This document shows positions 40,869-51,646 of a stretch of DNA of 64,000 nucleotides, piece by piece. The DNA comes from Nostoc sp. DedSLP01 (GTDB lineage: Bacteria > Cyanobacteriota > Cyanobacteriia > Cyanobacteriales > Nostocaceae). The DNA is taken from NCBI GenBank assembly GCA_034530875.2, contig JAVRCJ020000019.1, positions 1-64,000 on the forward strand. Reading direction: 5' to 3'. Each line of letters starts with the position of its first letter. The stretch's first letter is position 1. A program made the translations under genes and the position numbers. The notes under the pieces were generated by a model. That model had not been told where the DNA came from and did not search any database. It saw nothing but the letters and a program-made list of their open reading frames with translations.

Positions 40869-41999
40869 ATGAAAATCATGGCGAAAATTTATTTTACCAC
40901 AAATCAAGCACGAATTTTTACTGCTTTGCTTTTGACTGGCATTTTGTCTGTTAGCAGCGGTTTCGCATTCATCAAAGATGCCACAGCAGGTTCTGTAAAC
41001 TTGTCATTAGAAACAAGCAATTATGTTTCTAAAGATAATATTAAATCAAATCGCTTGCCCCGTCCAGTAGCTAACGCGGTGCTGCAAGACTTAGCTCGCA
41101 GACAAGGAATTTCTGTTAGAAAACTCAAAATTACTCAATATAATCAAAAGACTTGGAGCAATGGTTGTTTAGAATTACCTCAACCAGATGAAGTTTGCAC
41201 TGAGGCGTTAGTTCCTGGTTGGCGGGTTGTGGTGTCTAATGGCAAACAAAATTGGGTTTATCATACCAATAGCAATGGGCGATCGCTACGTTTAGCTTCG
41301 GGAAATACTGCTTCCGATAAATTACCCACATCGGTAAAAAATAGCGTTTTGCAGGCTGCATCAAAACAACTGCAACAGCCGATTTCTCAACTGAGAATAG
41401 TTGAGTTTCAACAGCGAACTTGGAATAATGGCTGTTTAGAATTACCCAATCCTGATGAATTTTGTACCGAAGCTTTAGTACCAGGTTGGCGCATAGTTGT
41501 TAGGGGACGCGAACAAACTTTGGTTTATCACACCAATCAAACAGGTTCGATAGTTAGGCTTAATCAAAAAACTAACCAGACTACGCTTAAACCTGTGCAA
41601 ATTCCAGACAGCGAGTTACCACCAGTTTTAGATCGAGATGTAGTATTTCGGCAAATCTCCAGCGGGGGGTTTGCTGGTAGAACCTACGAGACTGTTTTAC
41701 TCAAAGATGGAGAATTGATTCGCGTGCGGATTGGTGATGCTAACGATTCTGAACGTAGCGTTCGCCGTGTTTCTGTAGAACAGGTGCAAGAATTTTTGCG
41801 ATCGCTAGAAGGCTATAAATTTACTCAATTCCGCAATCTCAGTTACCCCGCGCCCAGCGGTGCGGCTGACTATATCACTTACACTCTCACCAGCAAAAAG
41901 AATACGGTTCAGTACAATGATATTTCTCAAAATAATCTGCCAAGCAATTTACAAGTAATAGTCAAAGCTTGGAATCAGATTATAGCTAGCGCTCAATAG
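40869..41999 (+). CDS. Secreted hypothetical protein with two W.NGCL.LP.PDE.CTEALVPGWR repeats and a C-terminal SGGFAG domain
   Basis: Signal-peptide-like N-terminus; internal duplicated domain. Confidence 0.75.
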   Translation: MKIMAKIYFTTNQARIFTALLLTGILSVSSGFAFIKDATAGSVNLSLETSNYVSKDNIKSNRLPRPVANAVLQDLARRQGISVRKLKITQYNQKTWSNGCLELPQPDEVCTEALVPGWRVVVSNGKQNWVYHTNSNGRSLRLASGNTASDKLPTSVKNSVLQAASKQLQQPISQLRIVEFQQRTWNNGCLELPNPDEFCTEALVPGWRIVVRGREQTLVYHTNQTGSIVRLNQKTNQTTLKPVQIPDSELPPVLDRDVVFRQISSGGFAGRTYETVLLKDGELIRVRIGDANDSERSVRRVSVEQVQEFLRSLEGYKFTQFRNLSYPAPSGAADYITYTLTSKKNTVQYNDISQNNLPSNLQVIVKAWNQIIASAQ

Positions 42000-42127
42000 G
42001 GAATGGGGAATGGGGACTGGGGACTGGGGACTGGGGACTGGGGAGATGGGGAAGTGTGGGGAGTGTGGGGGGAGAGGGGGGAAAGATTTCTTCCCCATCT
42101 TCCCACACCTCCCACACCCCCCACACC
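41998..42127. repeat. STRR (TGGGGAC)n and GTGTGGGA/TCCCACAC runs
   Basis: Directly visible tandem heptamers and nonamers, partly inverted. Confidence 0.85.
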
Positions 42128-42193
42128 TGCCAATGCCCAACACCCAATATTGGGCATACAATCGAAACGAGAATTAAATCATACTTGTGGTAG

Positions 42194-43450
42194 ATGATGA
42201 AAAGGTTTGTAAAGTGGAGTGTTGGGTTCCATTCTTGGTGGAATATTCGCCAAAGCCGAAAATCGGGGTTATTTTTTGTCATGCTGACTTTGAGCGCGAT
42301 CGCCACAGTGATGCTATCGTTGCCTTTAAACGCTCAAACTACTCCTGAGAGATTACCTGCATCTGAGTTAAGAGGAGTGTGGTTAACAAATATTGATAGC
42401 GATGTATTATTCGATCGCGATCGCCTGAAGACATCTTTACAACGCCTTGATGAACTCAATTTTAATACCGTATACCCAGCAGTTTGGAATTGGGGATATA
42501 CACTATATCCTAGTAAAGTTGCAGCCAAAGTCATTGGACGAGCGATCGACCCTACACCGGGACTGCGGGGGCGAGATATCCTCAAAGAAATTGTGGATGT
42601 GGGACATCAAAAAGGGTTAACAGTCATTCCCTGGTTTGAATTTGGCTTTATGGCACCAGCGGATTCCTTACTAGCTAAAAATCGTCCCCAATGGCTCACC
42701 AGTCGCAGTGATGGGACGCGGATTGTCAAAGAAGGTATACATAATCGAGTTTGGTTAAATCCCTTTCGTCCAGAAGTACAACAATTCATCCAAGATTTAA
42801 TTGTTGAAATTGTGAGAAATTACGATATTGACGGCATCCAATTTGACGATCATTTTGGCTTACCTTCAGAATTAGGATACGATGCTTATACAGTGGCACT
42901 TTATAAAAAAGAACACCGCAATCAAGCTCCTTCTAAAAATCCTAAAGATCCAGAATGGGTGCGTTGGAGAGCTAACAAAATCACCGACTTTATGAAACGG
43001 GTATTTAAAGCTGTCAAAGCCACTAAAAAAGATTGTATTGTCTCCGTTGCACCTAATCCTCAGCGTTTTTCTTACGAATATTTTTTAGCAGACTGGGAAA
43101 AATGGGAACGGATGGGAATTATTGAAGATTTAGTTTTACAAATCTATCGGGATGATTTGAATGTTTTTATTAGTGAATTAGAATATCCAGAAGTAAAAGC
43201 TGCAAAGAATCATATTCCTGTAAGTATCGGCATTTTGTCTGGTTTGAAAAATAAATCTATTTCCATGCAACAGATTCAAACACAAGTACAACAAGTGCGC
43301 GATCGCAAATTTGCGGGAGTCTCTTTCTTTTTCTATGAAACTCTCTGGAACATGAGCAAAGAAAAGCCCCTAGATCGTCAAACTACTTTCCAGAAAATTT
43401 TCCCCACACCAACAACTTACCCGAATTTGCTTGCCGACTGGAAACCATAG
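42194..43450 (+). CDS. Glycoside hydrolase-like 10 (DUF187/YngK) protein
   Basis: ELRGVWLTN, PWFEFG, YDIDGIQFDDHF motifs; N-terminal signal/TM segment. Confidence 0.9.
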   Translation: MMKRFVKWSVGFHSWWNIRQSRKSGLFFVMLTLSAIATVMLSLPLNAQTTPERLPASELRGVWLTNIDSDVLFDRDRLKTSLQRLDELNFNTVYPAVWNWGYTLYPSKVAAKVIGRAIDPTPGLRGRDILKEIVDVGHQKGLTVIPWFEFGFMAPADSLLAKNRPQWLTSRSDGTRIVKEGIHNRVWLNPFRPEVQQFIQDLIVEIVRNYDIDGIQFDDHFGLPSELGYDAYTVALYKKEHRNQAPSKNPKDPEWVRWRANKITDFMKRVFKAVKATKKDCIVSVAPNPQRFSYEYFLADWEKWERMGIIEDLVLQIYRDDLNVFISELEYPEVKAAKNHIPVSIGILSGLKNKSISMQQIQTQVQQVRDRKFAGVSFFFYETLWNMSKEKPLDRQTTFQKIFPTPTTYPNLLADWKP

Positions 43451-43474
43451 AGTTAACTAATTACTGTAACTAAC

Positions 43475-43750
43475 TTGCTTTCCAAACTGTCTTTTGAACA
43501 GGCGGCCGCACTTCCACCGATCGGCATTACAGCCTGGGAGGCTTTATTTGACCGGATGGCGATCGCTAATCACCCATCAGCTAGTAACCGCGATAAACAT
43601 ATTCTGATTATCGGGGGTGTAGGTGGTGTTGGGTCGATCGCCATTCAACTAGCAAAACAAGTTGCCGGATTGACTGTAATTGCAACTGCATCCCGGCCGG
43701 AAAACGGCGATCGATGTCTCAAAATGGGAGCATATTCTACCATCAACTCA
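43475..43750 (+). pseudogene. Fragment of a zinc-type alcohol dehydrogenase/quinone oxidoreductase
   Basis: LSFEQAAALP..ITAWEALFDR, IIGGVGGVGSIAIQLAK, ATASRPE; both ends missing. Confidence 0.8.
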
Positions 43751-43826
43751 AAAATCTGTTGCAGTCATTACACTACAAGCATTAAATTGAGGATATTTAT
43801 TTAGACGCAAAATAAATTTTACCAGC

Positions 43827-45311
43827 ATGGTATCTAGCATAAAACCTACTCAAATTGTTCAAGTTACTAATAATTATCAAAGAGCTAAACAAACAGTTAA
43901 TTGCGGTTTAAGACAAATTAGCCGTCGTTATGTACTTATATCATTATTAGTCAACTTGATAATAGCTGGTTGTACTGATACTCCAAAATCTGAGCAATCC
44001 TCAATTACCGAGTTCTCTAATGATAGTAAAGTCTTAAAGATATGGTGGGATAAAGGTTTTACTCAGGAAGAAGATGAAGCTCTAAAGCAACTAGTTAGCC
44101 AGTGGGAAAAACAAACTGGTAACAAAATCAAGCTTTCTTTATATTCTACAGATGAGCTACCACGGAAGATTCAAAGAGAAATTCGGGCTGGGAATTTGCC
44201 TGATATCGTTACCAGTTATACTGCCGATCGCGAACTTATTCCACGTTTAAGTTGGGAAGGCAAACTAGCAGATGTCTCAGATGTAATTGAGCCGCTTAAA
44301 AGTTTTTACCCTAAAGAAATCTTAAAAACTGTTCAGTTTTATAACAAGGTTACTCAAAAGCGCAGCTACTATGCTCTGCCAATGAGTCAAGCAACTCTTC
44401 ACATTTTTTACTGGCGAGATTTGCTAAAGCAAATAAATCGCACTGAAAGCGATATACCAAAAAATTGGGATGCTTTTTGGGAATTCTGGAAACAAACCCA
44501 GAGTGAATTGCGGACAAAACAATTACCAGATAAAAAACAGAATATTTATGGATTAGGCTTTACTTTCAGCATTGCATCTGCTGATACATACTACTTCTTT
44601 GAGCAGATTTTAGAAGCATACGACGTACAAATTTTAGATTCTCAGGATAAACTCCAACTCGACGATCCCAAGGTGCGTCAAGGTATTATTAACAGCTTAA
44701 AGTGGTACACAAAATTTTATCAACAAGGCTACGTACCACCAGATGCTGTAAATTGGTTGAATCCAGACAATAATCGTAGCTTACTTAATCGAAGCGTGGT
44801 TATGACTCCCAACAACTCGCTTTCAATTCCTGCGGCTGTACGACAAAACCTTGATGTATATAATCAAAAGCTTGGGATTTTAGAGTTGCCAAATAAACCT
44901 AATGGCTTACCAATGCGCTACTTAATTACGGTTAAGCAAGTGTTTTTATTTGCGGATTCTAAGAAACAGAAACTAGCTAAGGAGTTTCTTGCATACTTAA
45001 TCAAACCAGAGGTAATGGGAGATTATCTTAAGGTTTCTGGAGGTCGTCATTTACCAGTTTTAACATCGGAGTGGAAAGATCCTTTTTGGAAAGATTCAAA
45101 AGATATCTATCTCTCAACTGCTGCTAAGATATTTCTCAATAGAGAAACTCGCCCATTTTATTTTGTGCAAAATCCAGCTTATAGCTTAGTTTTGAAAGAT
45201 AATGTCTGGGGTAAGGCTATCAATCGAATTGTTGTAGATAAAATTTCTCCAGAACAAGCAACTGATGAAGCGATCGCCCAGATTAAACAAATTTTTGACC
45301 AATGGCGGTGA
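43827..45311 (+). CDS. Extracellular solute-binding lipoprotein (ABC sugar-binding family 1)
   Basis: Lipobox IAGC; KIWWDKGF, IPKNWDAFW and PEQATDEAI segments. Confidence 0.85.
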   Translation: MVSSIKPTQIVQVTNNYQRAKQTVNCGLRQISRRYVLISLLVNLIIAGCTDTPKSEQSSITEFSNDSKVLKIWWDKGFTQEEDEALKQLVSQWEKQTGNKIKLSLYSTDELPRKIQREIRAGNLPDIVTSYTADRELIPRLSWEGKLADVSDVIEPLKSFYPKEILKTVQFYNKVTQKRSYYALPMSQATLHIFYWRDLLKQINRTESDIPKNWDAFWEFWKQTQSELRTKQLPDKKQNIYGLGFTFSIASADTYYFFEQILEAYDVQILDSQDKLQLDDPKVRQGIINSLKWYTKFYQQGYVPPDAVNWLNPDNNRSLLNRSVVMTPNNSLSIPAAVRQNLDVYNQKLGILELPNKPNGLPMRYLITVKQVFLFADSKKQKLAKEFLAYLIKPEVMGDYLKVSGGRHLPVLTSEWKDPFWKDSKDIYLSTAAKIFLNRETRPFYFVQNPAYSLVLKDNVWGKAINRIVVDKISPEQATDEAIAQIKQIFDQWR

Positions 45312-45327
45312 GTGAGCTTTTACAAAG

Positions 45328-46770
45328 ATGACATTGAAAACAAAAGCCAGTCAAATTGCTAAAGCTTCTCGCGATCGCTACCTAAGATTGAGCCGAAGAT
45401 ATGCGTTCGTCACATTCACACTCAGCTTGATATTTATTGCCTGTACTAACACCTCTAAATTCAAACAATCTTCAGTCACCCATTCCCCTACTGACACTAC
45501 AGTTTTAAAGATTTGGTGGGATAAAGGATTTACAGTCGATGAAGATGAAGCAATCCAGCAGTTGGTAAGCAACTGGGAAACACAAACTGGTAACAAAGTC
45601 AAACTTTCTTTGTATACTGGCGAAGAGCTACCGCAAAAGGTGCGCAGAGCAATTCAGGCGGGCAATCCACCCGATATTATGATGAGTTACAGCGCCGAGA
45701 GAGCATTAAATCCGCATCTGGCTTGGGAAGGGAAACTGGCTGATATCACGGATGTAATTGAGCCAGTCAAGAATCTTTATCCTGAATATGCCCTGCAATC
45801 TGTTAATTATTATAATCACGCTGCCAAAAAGCGAAGCTATTATGCAGTACCAATTAATCAGTCAACAGTTCATATTTTCTATTGGCGGGGTTTGCTTAAA
45901 CAAATAGGTCGCACTGAAAGCGATATCCCCAAAGATTGGGATGGTTTTTGGGAGTTTTGGAAACAAGTGCAGAAAGATCTGCGGGCAAAAAATCAAAAAC
46001 AAAATATTTATGGGTTAGGTTTTCCATTCTCTACAGGAGCTTCAGATACCTACATTTTTTTTGAGCATATTTTAGAAGCATACGATGTGCAAATTCTCGA
46101 CTCAAAAGGTAAACTCCTGATTGACGATCCAAAGGTGAGACAAAAAATTGTCCGAGCATTAGATTGGTATGCCAAATTTTACCAGCAAGGTTATACACCA
46201 CCAGATGCACTCAATTGGTTTAATCCAGATAATAACCGCAGCTTACTCAACCGTATGGTGGTGATGACTCCTAATAACACGCTCTCAATTGCTTGCTCTA
46301 TCCGCCAAGATCGCGACACCTATCGTCATAAGCTTGGCATTTTAAATTTTCCCAACAAACCCAACGGCAAGCCAATGCGTTATCTGCTCACACTTAGGCA
46401 AGCAGTTTTGTTCGCCGATTCCCAGCAACAGAAAAAAGCTTTGGATTTTCTGGCATATCTCGTGCGATCGCCAGTGATAGGTAAATATCTCAAAGCAGCT
46501 GGAGGTTGTAATTTACCAGTTATGAAGCCACTCTGGCAAGACCCATTTTGGAAAGATCCAACCGATCCCCATGTTTCAACTGCGGTAAAGACGATAACCC
46601 AAGGTTCAACGCGTTTGTTTCCTTATGTGCAAAACCCAGCATACAGCGTAGTTTTAGAAGAAAATATCTGGGGAAAAGCTCTTCATCGAATAATTGTAGA
46701 TAAAATTTCTCCAGAGCAAGCAACTGATGAGGCAATTAAGCAGATAAAACAAATTTTTTCTCAATGGTAA
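45328..46770 (+). CDS. Extracellular solute-binding lipoprotein, paralog
   Basis: Lipobox FIAC; colinear and highly similar to 43827-45311. Confidence 0.85.
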   Translation: MTLKTKASQIAKASRDRYLRLSRRYAFVTFTLSLIFIACTNTSKFKQSSVTHSPTDTTVLKIWWDKGFTVDEDEAIQQLVSNWETQTGNKVKLSLYTGEELPQKVRRAIQAGNPPDIMMSYSAERALNPHLAWEGKLADITDVIEPVKNLYPEYALQSVNYYNHAAKKRSYYAVPINQSTVHIFYWRGLLKQIGRTESDIPKDWDGFWEFWKQVQKDLRAKNQKQNIYGLGFPFSTGASDTYIFFEHILEAYDVQILDSKGKLLIDDPKVRQKIVRALDWYAKFYQQGYTPPDALNWFNPDNNRSLLNRMVVMTPNNTLSIACSIRQDRDTYRHKLGILNFPNKPNGKPMRYLLTLRQAVLFADSQQQKKALDFLAYLVRSPVIGKYLKAAGGCNLPVMKPLWQDPFWKDPTDPHVSTAVKTITQGSTRLFPYVQNPAYSVVLEENIWGKALHRIIVDKISPEQATDEAIKQIKQIFSQW

Positions 46771-46941
46771 TTAATAATTATTTACAGCAGAATTCAGGAG
46801 TCAGAATTTGAATCAGCTCTCTACTTAACTTTGAGATTTCAATGGTGTACTTCACGAACTTGAAATCTGCTATATATTAACAAAAAGACTAATCTATCTG
46901 CTTGAATAGGAAAAAATATATTAAAAAAAATTTGGAAATAT

Positions 46942-49422
46942 ATGAACTCCTGGAATCAGCACTTAACTATTAAAGTTGCCAGTTCGTTCTTATTTCTATC
47001 CTTGGTGACTGTAGGTGTAGTAGGAGGATTTGCCTTTCTTAATGCAAGGGAAGCTTTGAAACAAGCTGCTTTTGAACGACTTAGTGCTGCTGCCACTCTG
47101 AAAGAGGAAGAAATTACTCGTTGGTTTGAAGACCAACAACGAGACTTTCTCCTAATCACTCAACTTCCAGACGTACAAAATAATTTCCAAGTACTTTTAA
47201 ATTCTAAAACCTCCAATACAGATTATCGCAATGCTTACAAAGTTCTCTCAGATTACTTAGCAAATATGGCTAAAATCAAGCCAAGTCTGGGAGAAATTTC
47301 CATTCTTGACCGTAGCAATCGGATTATTTTATCTACTAACAAGCAGCGTGAAGGTCAATATGAAATTTCAGCTAACATCACCTATATCGAACAGATTCAG
47401 CTAGAAGATTCCTTTGCTCCCATTTTCTACGTATCACAGATTACTGGCAAGCCATCAGTTACTTTTGCAACACCTATACGCGATGCAGCCAAGGTACGCC
47501 AAGGCGTTCTCTTAGCTGATTTAAATTTAGACCGAATAGATCGGATTGTGCGGGAACGTACAGGTTTAGGTGAGAGTGGCGAAACTTATTTAGTTGGTTC
47601 TCTAGTAACTAAAAACGGTTTTATTTCTAAAGAAAAAACTAAAACATCAGACTTTCCTGAAGGAGTTAGCAGCCAAGGCATTGATGCAGCAATGAGTGGA
47701 ATTAGCGGCCAAGGACTTTATCCAAACTATACCGGAGCGTTAGTCATTGGCGTATATCGCTGGCTCAATGGCCAAGACCTTGCCTTAATGGTGGAGATGA
47801 AACAGGAAGAAGCTTTTGCTCCAGCTCGTCGATTGGCAGGCACGATTATGTTAGTGGGTCTGTTAGCAATGGGATTTCTATTAATTGGAGTGGCTTGGCT
47901 GACGCGACAGTTAAAAATTTCTGGCGAACAGTTAGAGAATTACAGCCATAGATTGGAGGTAAAAGCCAAAGAAGCGGAAACTGCCAACCGTGCCAAAAGC
48001 GAATTTCTGGCAAACATGAGTCACGAACTCCGCACTCCTCTTAACAGTATTCTTGGTTTTACCCAGCTAATGAGCCGCGATTCTTCTATGAATGCTTCCC
48101 AGTTGGAACATTTAGAAATTATTAGTCGCAGTGGAGAGCATTTGCTGACCTTAATCAATGATGTGTTGTCAATGTCCAAAATTGAGGCGGGTTTAACGAC
48201 ACTCAACAATAACAGCTTTGATTTGTACGCTTTACTTGACTCGCTGGAAGAGATGTTTCAACTCAAAGCAGAATCCAAAGGTTTACAGTTGATGTTTGAG
48301 CGTAGACCTGAAGTTCCTAAATATGTGCATACAGATGAAAGTAAATTGCGTCAAGTCTTGATTAACCTCCTTGGGAACGCTGTTAAATTTACTGAAGAAG
48401 GCGGCGTTAGTTTGCGAGTTAGGATGAGGGAAGAAAGTCAACTCCAACAGCAAGCAAGGACGCAAGTAATCAGAAACTCCGACTCTTCATTATTTTGGCT
48501 GCATTTTGAAGTCGAAGACACCGGGCCAGGGATTGCACCTGCTGAAATTGAAAAGTTGTTTAAACCCTTTGTTCAAACTGAAGCAGGTCGCAAATCTCAG
48601 CAAGGAACAGGTCTAGGTCTAACCATTAGCCAACAATTTGTGCATTTAATGGGGGGAAGTATTACTGTTAGCAGTACTTTAGGTCAAGGAACGATTTTTT
48701 CTTTCGATCTCCAGATTAGCCTAACACAAGCAGCTGAAGCTCCGATTCAACAGCTAAAACGAAGAGTAATTGGTTTAGAGCCTAATCAACCAAAATACCG
48801 AATTTTAGTAGTTGAAGATAAATGGGAAAATCGCGAACTCCTAGTCAAGATGTTAGTATCTCTTGGCTTCGAGGTACGTCACGCTGAAAACGGTCAAGAA
48901 GGGGTGGCGGTTTGGGAAAGTTGGGAACCGCAACTGATTTGGATGGATATGCGGATGCCTGTAATGGATGGGTATGAAGCTACTAAACAAATTAGAGCTA
49001 ATTTAAAGGGTCAAGCTACTGTCATTATTGCTCTAACTGCTAGCGCTTTTGACGAGGAACGCTTTGTGGTTTTATCGACAGGCTGTAATGATTTTGTACG
49101 TAAGCCTTTCCGAGAAGAAGTAATCTTGAATATGATGGCTAAATATTTGGGGGTGCGCTATGTATATGCAGAGAAACCCGTTCAAAAAGACGAATTTGCC
49201 GAGAATTCAGAGCTTAAGCTTTTATCAATAGAAGAGATGCTGGCTCAGATGCCTACTGAATGGGTGGCACAGCTACACCAAGCAGCACTGTGTACTGATG
49301 AAAAGCTGATTTTCAGCTTACTCGAACAAATTCCTGAAGAATCTGCTCTTTTGGCAAACACTCTATCTGATTGGGTCAATAACTTTCGTATTGATAAAGT
49401 TATCGATCTAACACAAACTTAA
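46942..49422 (+). CDS. Hybrid sensor histidine kinase (TM-Cache-TM-HisKA-HATPase-REC)
   Basis: Two TM segments around a Cache-like region, FLANMSHELRTPL, NLLGNAVKFT, DTGPGI, GTGLGL, and REC WMDMRMP. Confidence 0.94.
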   Translation: MNSWNQHLTIKVASSFLFLSLVTVGVVGGFAFLNAREALKQAAFERLSAAATLKEEEITRWFEDQQRDFLLITQLPDVQNNFQVLLNSKTSNTDYRNAYKVLSDYLANMAKIKPSLGEISILDRSNRIILSTNKQREGQYEISANITYIEQIQLEDSFAPIFYVSQITGKPSVTFATPIRDAAKVRQGVLLADLNLDRIDRIVRERTGLGESGETYLVGSLVTKNGFISKEKTKTSDFPEGVSSQGIDAAMSGISGQGLYPNYTGALVIGVYRWLNGQDLALMVEMKQEEAFAPARRLAGTIMLVGLLAMGFLLIGVAWLTRQLKISGEQLENYSHRLEVKAKEAETANRAKSEFLANMSHELRTPLNSILGFTQLMSRDSSMNASQLEHLEIISRSGEHLLTLINDVLSMSKIEAGLTTLNNNSFDLYALLDSLEEMFQLKAESKGLQLMFERRPEVPKYVHTDESKLRQVLINLLGNAVKFTEEGGVSLRVRMREESQLQQQARTQVIRNSDSSLFWLHFEVEDTGPGIAPAEIEKLFKPFVQTEAGRKSQQGTGLGLTISQQFVHLMGGSITVSSTLGQGTIFSFDLQISLTQAAEAPIQQLKRRVIGLEPNQPKYRILVVEDKWENRELLVKMLVSLGFEVRHAENGQEGVAVWESWEPQLIWMDMRMPVMDGYEATKQIRANLKGQATVIIALTASAFDEERFVVLSTGCNDFVRKPFREEVILNMMAKYLGVRYVYAEKPVQKDEFAENSELKLLSIEEMLAQMPTEWVAQLHQAALCTDEKLIFSLLEQIPEESALLANTLSDWVNNFRIDKVIDLTQT

Positions 49423-49587
49423 GAAATCATTTATACACTTTGGCATCAGGTTACAGCACATGGTATTATCCAAGTACTCGCTGGATAATTTAGGATAAGT
49501 ATTGTGCTTGTTTAAATGTGCTTTTAATAATAGCTAAAAATAGACTTTAGCAGTTACAAGGCATTTGATTGTAATCAAAACACTCGA

Positions 49588-49686
49588 ATAAGTAGAAGGC
49601 AGGAGGCAGGAGGCAGAAGGAAAAACTCTCAACACTAAAGGATTGCGCTGAGTTGTATTTTACATTTAATTATGTCCGCTTACTTA
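49588..49686. mobile_element. MITE-like element
   Basis: TAAGTA...TACTTA ends with GGCAGGA heptamers. Confidence 0.5.
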
Positions 49687-49699
49687 AATAGTTATTTCT

Positions 49700-49924
49700 A
49701 TGAGCCAACACTCTTTTCACGATGAAATCAGCCTTGCAGAAAAAGCAGAAGATTTAGGAAGACAAGCAATGAAGTTGAGACTAATTCCTTCATTTGTCGT
49801 TCATCATTTCCCTGATAGCTGGGAATTTTACATCCCCGACCAAAAAACTTCAGTCCCTCTGACACCAGAAGAAGCTTACTTGAAATTGAAAAAGTTAGTT
49901 GAATCTTCTTCATCCGCAGTATAG
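49700..49924 (+). CDS. Small hypothetical protein
   Basis: Clean 74-aa ATG ORF with plausible composition (IPSFVVHHFPDSWEFYIP...LTPEEAY). Confidence 0.6.
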   Translation: MSQHSFHDEISLAEKAEDLGRQAMKLRLIPSFVVHHFPDSWEFYIPDQKTSVPLTPEEAYLKLKKLVESSSSAV

Positions 49925-50280
49925 GCTCAGCCATAGCTATTTAAAGCTGACATCTGACTAAGTATGCATTCTTTACTATAGCGATCGCACACTAGCTCGA
50001 CATTTTGACAAAGCGCTCTGGCTCAATCAGCGTATCACTTCTCTACGCGGACTGCTGTCTCCCTCAGCAGCATATATTATCGTAGAATGAGTTGGAGTCA
50101 GCTTTTATCTACAAAAAAATGTAGAAAAAATTCGAGAAAATATCAAAAATTCTACACATGATGAGACAGCGATCGCACTAAATTTTCTTAACCAAATCGC
50201 TGGCAATATAATATGCGGTTAATAGCTGATTCTTTTTGAGAGTTTTTAATATTTACTTTTATAATTCAATTTTCATATAT

Positions 50281-51129
50281 ATGAATAACGATCGAGTTCA
50301 GCTACCAAAAGCAAATATTCTCGTTGTTGATGATACACCCGACAATTTGCGACTTTTATCTGCAATGCTAACTCAGTTTGGCTATGAAATTCGCAGAGTA
50401 ATTAACGGACAAACAGCTTTAAAAACAGCACAAGCTGCGCCACCGGATTTAATTTTGCTTGATATTATGATGCCAGAAATGAATGGCTATGAAGTCTGTC
50501 AGCATTTGAAAGCCTCAGAGAAAACCCGCGACATTCCGGTGATTTTTATTAGCGCCTTGGATGAAGTATTTGACAAAGTTAAAGCTTTTGCAGTCGGGGG
50601 AGTAGATTATATTACCAAACCTTTTAGTGAAGAAGAGGTTTTTGTGCGTGTAGAAAATAACTTGACTATCCGGAGACTGCAAAAACAACTCACCGAGCAA
50701 AATATACGTTTGCAACAGGAAATTAGGATTAGCGAAGCTGCCCGAAAGGGTCGCCAAAAAGCAGAATCAGCATTGCAGTTAAGCCAATTTTATTTAGACA
50801 GGTTTAAAGATTCAATTTTTTTTGTTAATTCAAATGCCCAGTTTGTTTATGTCAATGAAGCAGCTTGCCGGATTTTAGGCTATTCTCGCGAAGAATTGCT
50901 GACTATGACTGTTTACGATATAAATCCAAATTTTTCGCCGATTAATTGGCGATCGCACTGGGAGGAAGTTAGACACAAAGACACTCTCACTTTTGAGTCT
51001 ACTCAACGAACTCGAGATGGTCGAGACATAAGCGTGGAAATAACTGTCAATTATTTGGAGTTAAACGGACAGGAATACCATTGTGCTAGTGTCCGCGATA
51101 TCTCCGAAACAGTGCTGAGTGCTGGGTAA
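50281..51129 (+). CDS. Response regulator (REC + PAS), probably C-terminally truncated
   Basis: ILVVDD, LLDIMMP, DYITKPF, then a PAS domain ending VRDISE followed by repeat-derived sequence. Confidence 0.85.
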   Translation: MNNDRVQLPKANILVVDDTPDNLRLLSAMLTQFGYEIRRVINGQTALKTAQAAPPDLILLDIMMPEMNGYEVCQHLKASEKTRDIPVIFISALDEVFDKVKAFAVGGVDYITKPFSEEEVFVRVENNLTIRRLQKQLTEQNIRLQQEIRISEAARKGRQKAESALQLSQFYLDRFKDSIFFVNSNAQFVYVNEAACRILGYSREELLTMTVYDINPNFSPINWRSHWEEVRHKDTLTFESTQRTRDGRDISVEITVNYLELNGQEYHCASVRDISETVLSAG

Positions 51130-51139
51130 AAATCCATTT

Positions 51140-51436
51140 ATACCAATTCAAAATTCAAAATTCACCCATTACAGCAGTTTTCATCTATTTAGACCACATA
51201 CTCATATTCCTCTCTGCGACTCTGCGTCTCTGCGCGATAAAAAAAGCTGTGGTACATTTACCTGAAAATAGCTGTAAGAAACTCCAGCATCATCTAAGTT
51301 TTGGCGTTTGAATCTGTTGCTTGATTTTGGAGAATTGGTATTAATACTAAGTTGCGTTCAGAAATAGTATTCCTATTCCCCACTCCCTACTCCCTACTCC
51401 CAGCCCAAGTTACTATCTTTGATTGCAACTTGGTAT
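51140..51436. mobile_element. Cluster of nested and adjacent MITE-like elements
   Basis: Outer TIRs ATACCAATTC/GAATTGGTAT (51140-51341), inner TTACAGC/GCTGTAA (51169-51277), adjacent ATACTAAGTTGC/GCAACTTGGTAT (51344-51436). Confidence 0.75.
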
Positions 51437-51646
51437 AAGTAGTCGAACAAATTAAATTCATTCCTGGAGAGAAAATAAGCAACAGGAAGAAATCTGTGTA
51501 ATTAATTACTGACATTTTTTACATAACTTAATAAAAATTTGACGGTAAAATTCCTGACAACTTATGACTTTTTCATGCTATTAAAACTGAGCGATCGACT
51601 TAAATTAAGGGCATGGTCAAAGTTAACTCAATCCAAGCAAGGAAAT

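Noticed and set aside
41949..42306. Short ORFs rich in WG/PSPQ
   Set aside because: Translations of STRR heptamer repeats.
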